In this document: positions 1-9,850 of the stretch, piece by piece
Numbering within the stretch: position 1 is the stretch's first letter
Layout of the letters: each line of letters opens with the position of its first letter
Origin: Basidiobolus meristosporus CBS 931.73
Lineage: Eukaryota; Fungi; Basidiobolomycota
Direction of reading: 5' to 3'
Length of the DNA: 64,000 nucleotides
Assembly: GCA_002104905.1 (NCBI GenBank)
Contig: MCFE01000369.1
Coordinates: 1 to 64,000, forward strand
The notes under the pieces: model-generated
What the model saw: the letters and a program-made list of their open reading frames with translations, nothing else
Told to the model about the DNA's origin: nothing
The model's database searches: none
Made by a program: the position numbers and the translations under genes

Positions 1-46
1 CAGGACTTTGAATCCTGTAATCCGAGTTCGATTCTCGGCGAGACCT
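1..46 (+). tRNA. tRNA-Gln(TTG), 3' part (5' end lies before the window)
   Basis: Anticodon arm CAGGA-CT-TTG-AA-TCCTG, T-arm CCGAG-TTCGATT-CTCGG, acceptor 3' strand CGAGACC+T, then a T-run terminator. Confidence 0.9.
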
Positions 47-256
47 TTTTCTTAATTCAAAATATTCGTTTTGTTACGCTCACTAAAATGCTGCAATAAA
101 GCTTTTCTACTCCGCAGGATGGCCTCGGGTGGACGGCTGGGTTGCTTATTGCCGGGGCTGCCACATAGTTGTTGAATGGCCCGCACATGGAATCCATTAT
201 TGCATCAGTCGAAATGGTCTCCACCTAAGTATGAGAGTCGCCTTGGTAATAAGAGT

Positions 257-328
257 GGCTCTATGGTCTAGTAGTATGATTCTCGCTTTGGGTGCGAGAG
301 GTCGCGGGTTCAATTCCCGCTGGAGCCC
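257..328 (+). tRNA. tRNA-Pro(TGG), intronless
   Basis: 72 nt. Acceptor GGCTCTA/TGGAGCC, anticodon arm CTCGC-TT-TGG-GT-GCGAG, T-arm GCGGG-TTCAATT-CCCGC, T-rich tail. The D-loop reads AGTAGT rather than the usual GG. Confidence 0.9.
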
Positions 329-516
329 TTTCCTTTTGCATTTTTCATATATCAAAACACCCCCACTATTCCTCTTACATGAGCAATTTCCAGGCTATCA
401 TTTATTTTAGCCGTGCTACCTTTCGTATATGGGTCTCGTAAGATCCTTCAAAATCACCGGCGTTTTCAGCATCAATATCAGACTAGACTATAGATTTTAT
501 GAAGAGTACAGTAAAG

Positions 517-588
517 TCCTCATTGGTCCAGTGGTTAGGATTTCTCGCTTTCACCGAGACGGCCGGGGTTCGATTCCCCGATGGGGAA
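517..588 (+). tRNA. tRNA-Glu(TTC)
   Basis: 72 nt. Acceptor TCCTCAT/ATGGGGA, anticodon arm TCTCG-CT-TTC-AC-CGAGA, T-arm CGGGG-TTCGATT-CCCCG, followed by TTATTTTT. Confidence 0.93.
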
Positions 589-888
589 TTATTTTTCTAG
601 TACAATGGCGCTTTTTCCTGCAGATAGGTATCATCAGACGGAATACTTGAATGGATTTCTGAGGAGCAACGATGAGGCATTCGGGGGCTTTGATTTATTT
701 ATTCTCGTACCCACTAATATTCTATTATTGGCATTCCTTTCGGGTGTCCTTATTTTGCTAATTAAGATCTACAAAGGCATCGATGGAATGGAAAGCAGCC
801 TTCAATATACTAAGGACAAAACCTGTGCCTGTGCACACTCTGTGCTGTAAAGATGATGATATCATTTCCGGACTTGAGACATATACAA

Positions 889-910
889 GTCTTCGTGGTG
901 TAGTTGGTTA
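889..910 (+). pseudogene. Truncated tRNA 5' fragment (Val-like acceptor strand plus A-box)
   Basis: GTCTTCGTGGTGTAGTTGGTTA resembles the first 22 nt of a tRNA. No anticodon arm, T-arm or complementary acceptor strand follows. Confidence 0.35.
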
Positions 911-977
911 CTGTCAATAACGGGTATTTATTTGGTATCCTCGTTGGCTACATATTTCAAAATTACACAACAACTTC

Positions 978-1965
978 TTATTGACTTGTTTGGACATAAC
1001 GAGCATTATACCGAATAATTTCACGTAATTCGTCCAGCTGTCTCCAAGTGATAGGCACTGGTTTTTGCGCAAGTATCCATCTTACCCCTTCCTGTAAACA
1101 AAGCAAAACGGAACAATTCAATAATCTATTCCACTAAGCTCTTGTTTTCTTTGGTATGATTCTTACCGTGCAAGGCGGTGTTGTCAGACTGCCTTCATAA
1201 GCGAAATATGTTTCAAACCCGCCTGTGCTCACAAAAAGGTCGTGAAGACTCAAGTGCTGAACTATTGCACTCTCTCCTTTGCTACTGGGCAGTTTTTTCT
1301 GATGTAGAAGATAAACAGGTAAGCGAAGGCATTTTCGGAACATTATCAATCTGACTAGGTATATTGAGCGTCAAGCAGAACGGAGAATCACTTACCCCAG
1401 CACACAGCTCCTGAAGAAATGGGTTCGGGTCGTCAGATAAAGCCATCAGGATACCAAGAACGTGGTTTTTTTTATTTTTCTTATCGGACATTACAATGTG
1501 GATTTCGGCGTCGTAATACCTTCCGTTGATATGATGCTCCGACGGCGTATGAATGTGAAATTGACGCATATAATACTTGACTCCATCTCGCTTCAATTGC
1601 AACTCGTGTTTGGAGGGTATGTTCACTTGCAAGGTATGTCCGTTATTTATCATCGTAACGTTTGCCAACTTGCCTTTGGGCCACCGCAATTTCAAAGGCG
1701 TGCTCTTAATTAGCTTCGCACTAGCTCTGGTAATATCGATTGGAGATTGATAATGCCCCGTTTTACAAGCCGCATACTCCGAACTCAGGTCACCCCATCT
1801 TTGCGGTCCTGATATGCCTCCGTACTACGTAGTTGAAGAAATTCACGTATCAACAACAGTTCAAACATGGCAGTATGCAGCTTTTCCTACCTCCCAGTTT
1901 ATCTGCCGTTGAGCAGAGGCGATGGAAGACCAGACAAAGAGGATATTCAATATAATGGATTTCAT
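978..1965 (-). CDS. Secreted alpha-class carbonic anhydrase, 4 exons (1965-1891, 1824-1396, 1298-1167, 1091-978)
   Basis: The spliced product starts with signal peptide MKSIILNILFVWSSIASAQ. It contains QSPIDI, NNGHT, QFHIHTPSEH, AEIHIV, YEGSLTTPPCTEGVRW and NARYVQ. All three Zn-binding His are present and all introns are GT-AG in phase 0. Confidence 0.93.
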
Positions 1966-2677
1966 TAGCAGAGGTAATACCTAATAGACATGATGATTTA
2001 GATGCCCTTGGAGGAGGGAGCTTTTATATTATCTTCGTGCCTCATCGAAATATCTTTGTGCTCATGAGACAGAAAAATAGCCAATTACTGGGCTCTTTGT
2101 TTGGTCGTAATTTGTGTGCAATAACTTCGGTTCTTTGTGTATCCGGAGTAGCCTTATATCCTGTTGAATTACAGGATATTTTCAATATATTCAATTCATT
2201 ATATATTTCTATTGCAGCCAACGGGGATAAAGCTTGGAGGTGCGAGATCAAACATCACACCACTAAATTGTTACGACTCTTGCATCAACACATTGGGAGT
2301 ACATATGTATGTTTTAGCGGCCACTATTAACAACTATGTTCGTTCAGAAATGGTACGATGTTCATGTGAGAAGGTTTCTAAGGGGAATGAATTGCATGAG
2401 GCTTGTCTATCTTGGCTCGGTTTAAGGTGCATGTTAATGTTGACTGGTTGGTAATGGGGCAGATGAAGCCAATAGCAATACAAATGCAGGAGAATCAGAT
2501 CAGGAGGAACTCCAGTGATCCGACCATTCAGTACACATGACAACGTATGCCATTTTGAGTATACGTACTGGTGCATAGGCAAGATCTCAGACACAAACAC
2601 CATTTAATTCATCAAAGCTCGCTAAAAACCCAGGACGTTGATTGAAAGCGGTTTGCTAGCATTGAGCTTGGTTTGGA

Positions 2678-2750
2678 CTTGATCTTTATACGTAAAATCA
2701 CAGGCTTGATCTTTATACGCAGATTGAATTGTAGGCTTGGTCTTTATACG
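2678..2750. repeat. Three copies of a 15-mer CTTG(A/G)TCTTTATACG
   Basis: Copies at 2678, 2705 and 2736, separated by 12-16 nt spacers, just downstream of the phosphatase stop codon. Confidence 0.7.
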
Positions 2751-2806
2751 TAGGCTGATTCACAGAGTTGTGGTTTATGTAGCTAGCGCCCTGTATTTTG
2801 TAGCGG

Positions 2807-3983
2807 CTATTCCGGATATATCAGAGTGACTACATCTCCATTTATCTCAAGTGCAGCCATTGAGTTTCCGTATGCACGGGATATTCCTACATCGATGACA
2901 TAATACAGGCCGTTACATCTGGTAAGAACCTTACCATCTCTTTGAGTAGTGTGGCCCACGACCATCCGTTTTACCTAGATAGATTGGTTAGAAAAGAACT
3001 GGGCGGGTAGGACCAGAGAAATGTTACATTCAATAGCTCTAAGGTTTCCCTAATTCCATGGCACACCTCAGCTTCGTTTTCGCCAAGTGCAAAGCCGCGA
3101 TACCATACAGGGCCATCATCCCCAAACAGCCCACCAAAGTATCTCCAACGCCACTCACGTTCTTCTTTGGAATGGTGGTCACCGAAAAGTTTCTTACGAG
3201 CTATTGAGTTGAGTTTAGCGATACCATGCTTAGCCCACCTTGGATGTAAATCTGCGTGTGAGAAAACAGTATCGGCCACGATGGCTGTAACATTCCAGTG
3301 ACTCAATTGCGAGCCGATGATCCCTTCAGAATTAAAGGCGTCGAGTCTAGGCTCTACTGAGGAACCGAGGTCATCTGCAGGATGAACATAACGAAAATCA
3401 CCAGCGAAGTTCATAATCTCGTGATTTCCCAGAAGATTAACGACCTGGGGAAGCATTGGTTATTCTTCTGAAGAACGTAACCCGGAGATCGTCGTAGAAA
3501 CAGAATTACCATACCACCCTGCTTGGCAGCCTCGGCGCTTAGTTTAAAGAAATATTGATATAGTCTAAGTGTATCAGGGCCCCGATCTACAATATCTCCC
3601 TTTCAAAGTGTTAGGTCAAATGAAAGCAAGGCAGTACGACATACACAACTTACAGTCTGGACTAGAATGTCATTCCCACCCGCCCAACTTCCCTCAGCAT
3701 CGACCAATTTTGCTAACTGTAGCACTTTCAACGCCGAGTCGAAGTCGCCATGCAAGTCACCAACGGCCACCACTCGCCTATCGTTATCAGGTAGTCTTAA
3801 GTTTTCTGGGCGCTGGAGCTTTGCTACAAGTAAAGATAACAGACACACCAAAATGACATAAAAGTACGGCTTTCCCACTACTCTACGTAGTGTACTTTGC
3901 TGTGGTTGAGTGATGGTCTCGCTATTTTGCTCATCTATGCTGTGGTTCCTCTGTGAGGAGTGGTCTTCGGTTGAGAGGGTCAT
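2807..3983 (-). CDS. Calcineurin-like metallophosphoesterase, Shewanella-like (Shelph/SLP) type, with N-terminal membrane anchor; spliced
   Basis: Motifs GDLHGD, GDIVDRGPD (split by an intron after ILVQT), LLGNHE, MVVGHTTQ and IDVGISR. Hydrophobic segment FYVILVCLLSLLVAKL. Stop TAG at 2809-2807. Confidence 0.88.
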
Positions 3984-4730
3984 ATCCAAAGCCAACGAAT
4001 TCAGATTGTATTAGACAACGGAAGCATGGTTAGTCATGGAATGATCTTAAGCAGTAGCCAATTTTTGTATCATCCATAGATGTTCGACAACGAAATTTCA
4101 ATGTAAATCTCGGTGAGCTAACTCTTCCACACTTTGTTCCAGCAATAGAGTTTTAAATCAATACGTGTATAATGATAGGACTTGCAAATATTTTTAGCAT
4201 CTTTTTATTATTATTTGTACAATATTTATGTAACCTTAGTAAAGAAAGTTGGTCGTCAGTTTCAAACAATTAATCGTCAGTATACCGAGTGCCACTTTGG
4301 GATCAAACGGTATATCAGTGCTTGACTCTATTGTTGGAATCATCATATGACCGATATGAAGAAATAAAAGGGGACGAGGAATATTTTAAATGAGGGATAA
4401 TACCCCTACGAGTAAAGGTATTATCCTCGCGTTTATTGAAGAACGTTTGGAAAACCTTGGAAATTGGGTAGTGTATCGAGTAGAGAGGAATTAGGAGTGA
4501 TTTTATAGAAATCGTTCGTCCAGGAGCCCCCGGACAATCCCCTCTTTTTTTCACCTTTAGATGGGTTTTTTTCTGGGTATTGTTTCTTAAGCATGGGTGC
4601 AGTCAAATTTTTCAGTCGATAGAATAGGAATTGATTGGGATCACAATGCAAGAAAAGTGCGCAAAGAAGAACGATTGGGAGGTTGATTGGGACTGCAAAA
4701 AAAGAAAAATGAACGAGAAGCTGATTGGTG

Positions 4731-4824
4731 CAAAATCCATCTATTCACCTAAATATCTCACAAACTATACATGATTGGCGTAAAATCCATTTATTCAGTA
4801 AAATATCTCACAAACTATACATGA
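4731..4824. repeat. Tandem duplication with ~51-bp period
   Basis: AAAATCCATCTATTCACCTAAATATCTCACAAACTATACATGA and AAAATCCATTTATTCAGTAAAATATCTCACAAACTATACATGA, downstream of the arrestin-1 stop. Confidence 0.8.
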
Positions 4825-4851
4825 ATGAAAAACACGGATATACTCTTTGTG

Positions 4852-5900
4852 TCATTGTATCAGATATGGCGGTGGTGTATCAAGAGGATCGTATAAGGGT
4901 GGTATTTCTGGATCGGTGTTGGCCATATGGTTGACTGATGCTGGCTTGATTACAATTGGAAACACCACTGGAATGTTTCCCACCTGATGACCGTGCTTGA
5001 AATCTAGCTTAATGTGAAGTGTATGGTTCACTTCCACATTTTCCGTAGCGCAATCAAACTTCACCTTCCGGGGGGATTTGGGGATGGTGAGGGAAACGGT
5101 CCCTTGAACAACGTTTTCCTTGAAAAAGCTTACACCTGCCTGGATCCATCTGGAGTGTTCTCTTACGGTAGTTCCAAGCGGCCCAGGACTGGAACTGACA
5201 GGGATGCGGTACAGAGTCCGCTCCTTCAGACTATAGCCAATGAAATTGATTTGGACGGGTTCGGCCAATTTCTCAAGATTGAAATCGATGAAAACCCTAC
5301 TTCCGGTGGAGTAATGCAAGGTGCGGATACTTATATCATAATGCAAAGTGTCATGCCAGATCCCTTGGCTTTTGGTATTGAACATCAAGTACAGGGCTGA
5401 GCCCATGCTTCTGCTAATAAAGAACTCCTTCTCAGCCTTCAAATTGGGAATATAAAGTGGAGCTTCTGCAGTTGCTTTGAACTTATATTTGATTCTCGCA
5501 TACTGGGCATCCACCGATTCTGGGAGATCACCAGGGATCGGGAGGCGGAAGGGGTAGCTGTAGAGCCGATCCTTCATGAATACCTGCGGGTTTTCGGTTT
5601 GCCCATGGAATATCCAATGGTGCTGATAAAATACCTTTTGAACTCTCTTGAGGTCTATGTGAGGTTCAACGACTCGTAAGCAACTGTCTTCAAATCACCA
5701 GCAAATGAGTAGGCCAACCCACCTTGGCGAATCACCAGCTTTCCAATAAGCTCCAGCTTGATGCGAGTGAATTTGACGGCAAACGCCGGTAAAAGAGTTA
5801 GCTTTCCTGTCACCAGGAACATTCTATCGTCCTGATCGTCATAACCACCGCTGAACGTCTCCTGGTCAAGCTCAATCCTAAACAGTGTCCTGGGCAGCAT
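4852..5900 (-). CDS. Alpha-arrestin-like (ART/ARRDC) protein 1, one phase-1 intron near 5655-5722
   Basis: Arrestin-N-like YSYPFRLPIPGDLPES..IKYKFKATA, arrestin-C-like region, C-terminal PY motifs PPLY and PPPY. Intron GTGGGT...CATAG joins ORFs 5655-5915 and 4852-5577. Confidence 0.82.
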
Positions 5901-7633
5901 TGAGGGAGAATTCAACTACATCTCCGCATCCGAGCGAGTGCACAGATGGTTATATACGCGATGACTGTATGCAGTTCAATATGAATATAAAGACAAGGCT
6001 TAAAGTGTTGTCATCAGCATTTAGTTTCCTGCGAAACAAGCAGAGCTTGGATTGTGTTAAATTTACTTGATGTCTGCATCACAAACAGATGGCAGATTGA
6101 TTCAACAAACTAATGACCAGCATTTGTATATAGGCTTATATTATGTTGCAATATAATATTATAAGGCTACTTGTGCATTTAAACTCTGGTGAGACAGGGC
6201 CAGTATCACCACTGGAGTCAACAATAGGTTTGAGTTTCAACCGATTCTCATCCGAGGGGCCAGCTCCCTAGAATGTGAATCCTTAGGCGCCATCAGGTCG
6301 TAAACACGGAGGATCAGTAATGCCGGGAAAACATCTATTCACAGCGGGTAATCTCTTATGGAAAGAGGCATACTGGCTTGCCTTATCCTCTCCATGCTGG
6401 CTTGCCTTATCTCATGCTGCTTATACTGACGAGGGAACATCTCCAGATTACCTTTCCTTTTACTGCAGACTAACTAGGTTAGTGTTGACGGATCTTTGAC
6501 CAATCAGGGGTGTGGATATTTCCTGGGTAAGGGAAATCGATAGGAGAGCGTAGGCTCGAACTATTGCCGAACATCAGAAACTTCGAGGCAGATTAAGACA
6601 TCAGGATTAATTCGAGCCTGTCCCTCAAGGGAAACTCCAGCTGCTGTCTCGGCCTAATCCTCGCCCGCGTCCTCACTTTCCCTGCCAAATTAGTGATTCG
6701 CAACGAAGGCGAGGGAAATAGGAATCCGAAGAGCTGAGATGGCGACGGCTGCAAGATGCTTGGCAATCTGGTTAGAGCATTAATCGGATTGAGCCATGTG
6801 CTTCCCCTTGATTTACTCGGGAAAGGATCAGTGAGACAGCTTCCCAAATCTGGCCGGGTGAAATGGCCAGATGCTGAAACCATAGCTCTGGGGGTTTCAG
6901 TAGGGATGTGGGCCGTAATGTGTAAGGAGTAGGGTGTGGTGGGCGATGGGTGATGGGCCGATAGGTAGGAACATTTCGGGGACTTCTTCATTTAGTATGC
7001 CCTTACTCGTGCCCACCCATCTTGAGCATTGAAACAGATCTCCCGATATGGTCCGCGCCCCCAAACGTTAAATTCATGTTTGGCTAACTCTTACCTGCTC
7101 ATCTTGATTACGGCCATGCTGAGATTCTCCTGATTGTGGATGTTGTGGGCCGCTGGTTCATGATTAGTAAGGGACCGGAATCGCCACTCCCTACTAAACC
7201 GGTCGCCGTTGAGGTACTGATTTATTAATCCTGATGGGCCAAGAGCCCCGGTGTCTCATTACATCAATGCTAGTCTTTCCGCTCACACACTGCAAGTGTC
7301 CATTGGTCAATCGTCTCGTAAAAACTGTTTGCCCTGGCGATGGCGATAGCATCTATCCACTGTGTCATCACACCTTGAGTCAAATCCTATTGATGACCTC
7401 ATTCTACTTATGGAAGATACCGAACTGTGACCGCACTGGTTTACGGATTCCTGTATTTGGGTGCTGGTTCGAATTAGCAGAATTGGCAATGTCCAAAAGA
7501 GGGGGCCAAGCAAAACACATCGAGGGCATAAATAGCGGCGCCCCCGTTTTCGGAAGTGTACTGCATTGCTTGGTTGTAACGTTTATCAAACTCCCACCCC
7601 AATCTTTCCTTGTCTCTTTGTACAGAACCGGCC

Positions 7634-8749
7634 ATGTCCTCTACCAACAAGCCTCTGTTTAAAATTCGCTTGGACAAAACCACCTACTATAAATCCTTGG
7701 AGGAATCCTCGGGCATAATCATTCGTGGTAGCCTCCTTTTCAACCCTACCTTTACCATGAAAGTCAACAGGATTACCCTCCGCTTTCAGGGAAAATACGT
7801 TGCTATTTCTACAAAAGGTAAAGACTTCGTATAGTGCCAGGCCCTCAACAAATCCTTGCTAATTCCTTCCATTCTAGATATACGCAAATCCGAGAAGGTG
7901 CTGATTGAAAACCAATGGGTCTTCTTCGACGCTGGAAAAAAGAGCCAAACCATGCAAGTGGGCTCGTATAAATATGATTTCGAAATGGCGCTGCCAGAGG
8001 AGCTTCCTGAATCGTGCAAGTTGGAATTTGGCAGCGTTCACTACAAATTCAAAGCCACCGTGGATACTTCCATGTTGTTCTCCAATCTCAAGGATGAGAG
8101 AGAGGTGTTTCTGCGACAAAACGTGAACTCTCTGTTGGACTCGGTTTATCCAAACGAAATCACAAGAAACTGGCGCAATTTGTTGAAAATCCGGATGACA
8201 ATCCCATCCAACCAATACAAACGCGGAAGTACTCTTCCAATCTCCTTCCAAACCCAGTCGGTGGATGAAAGCGTTCGAGTGAATCTGATTTCATGCTCCT
8301 TACATGAGCATCTGATATTCCGCTCCCCGAAAGTGTACAGAAGTTCGCGACCGGTTATTCGCGACCAGACCAGAGCAATGGGCATGACGTTTACCTGGTG
8401 TAAAAACCTCAACAGCAGCGAAGACACCTCGATGAAAATCAAAATCCCTGATGAGCGGTGTGCCTACGACTGCGTGAATGAGTATTTCGAAATTTCCCAC
8501 AAATTACGCATCCGAGTCGACATTGAGAAAGAAGGACTAGTAGAGTCTCTTCGCATTTGTTTCCCCATCCTGATTGTTCCTCAAATATCCACAGAATTGA
8601 GCTACGACGAACTAGACATAGAGCAGCTGCCAGGGTACGAAGTTATTCCTCCTCCGCCCTCCTACGACCTGTTGACATGTGAAGCCTATGAACAGACAAG
8701 TCTTCCACCTAGATACTCTTCACATTTTAGTAACATATATGTATATTGA
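7634..8749 (+). CDS. Alpha-arrestin-like protein 2, one phase-1 intron near 7819-7878
   Basis: YKYDFEMALPEELPESCKLEFGSVHYKFKATV, EISHKLRIRVDI, PY motifs LPGY, PPSY and PPRY. Intron GTAAAG..GCTAAT..CTAG lies at the same codon position as in arrestin 1. Confidence 0.87.
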
Positions 8750-8977
8750 TCTTATCCCTAACCACCTATCATTTGAAATGTAAATGTCCGCATGGTACTC
8801 TCGACGAGTGCATCAAAATAAATCCTGAACAATCCCACTTGAAATTCAATGATTGATTTGGAACAAATGCCAATATTAGTTTAAAAAGATCATTTATTTA
8901 AATCAACTAGTCTGTCCTACAAGAATGACGTTAGCAAATGATGGCTGATGAAGATTGGTGAGATGGATTGGACTCGA

Positions 8978-9332
8978 ATCAGTGTAACTATGACTTCAAA
9001 TAAATGAAAAAAAGTCGCATTGCGGATGAACTACCAAAACGGAGTTCGTGAAGGCCGCTCAAGATACATAAACTATCATCATATCAAGAGTCCAATCCGA
9101 CGCAGAGATATATACTTACATCAAGACAGACACCAGGTTAGAATATTACGCGCGCATACACCTACTAACAAGAATTACGGGTTAACAGATGGTTTTGAGG
9201 ATTACAGATGGAGCAAGAGGGGTAAAGATCAGTGTAACTATGACTTCAAATAAATGAAAAAAGTCGCATCGCGGATGAACTACCAAAACGGAGTTCGTGA
9301 AGGCCGCTCAAGAAATAAATAGCTATCATCAT
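8978..9332. repeat. ~105-bp direct repeat (8978-9082 and 9228-9332)
   Basis: ATCAGTGTAACTATGACTTCAAATAAATGAAAAAA(A)GTCGCAT(T/C)GCGGATGAACTACCAAAACGGAGTTCGTGAAGGCCGCTCAAGA occurs twice, 250 bp apart and almost identical. Confidence 0.9.
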
Positions 9333-9850
9333 AAAAACGGGAAATGGGCCAAGTGTAGGATTCACAGTATTTACCTTGCTACCTTGCGCGTGAGGTCCGA
9401 GTGCACAGAGATGCATTTCCACATGGTGGCATCTAGTCTTATATATGTGATTGGCATATGATATGTCCAGGCCTCCCTGCATATCAGTTTTTTTTTTTGC
9501 CTTAATTCGGCCTGATTGGCTCATGATACCGATCATCATTATGAATAATGGAAACTACTATGCTTTACATATTTGAGCGAATTTACAATCAAAACCACGA
9601 TGCTTTTCGTATTTAGGTGAATTTGCTCTCTCTACGGGTTCCCTAAACAAATTTTCAGATTTCAAACCGATATTCTGTGATTATTTCGATTGGATGTTGA
9701 TAGTATTCAGTTTATTGAAAACGTACACGTGAATGCGTTAATAATGAGATACATAGGAGGTAAGTGCATGTGAAGAAAGATGTACAAGAGTTAGCATGAA
9801 GGGGTCATATGTTCAAACTGGCTGATTTCGTGAGAATTGTTAATGTCCAA

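Noticed and set aside
114-250. tRNA-Sec, SRP RNA, 5S rRNA or a spliceosomal snRNA
   Set aside because: No TCA anticodon arm, SRP helix-8 motif, 5S boxes or U1/U2/U6 signatures on either strand. Kept only as a low-confidence candidate ncRNA.
129-850. ORFs 129-410, 429-650 and 581-850
   Set aside because: They overlap tRNA genes and show no protein motifs.
2678-2750. CRISPR-like array
   Set aside because: Only three 15-mers with 12-16 nt spacers, in a eukaryotic 3' region with no cas genes. It is a simple minisatellite.
6144-7263. Solo LTR or retroelement remnant between the arrestins
   Set aside because: A TG start and CA end can be chosen, but the flanks (TATTA/TCAAT) give no TSD. There is no PBS, PPT or recognisable gag/pol motif. 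It needs a genome-wide repeat search.
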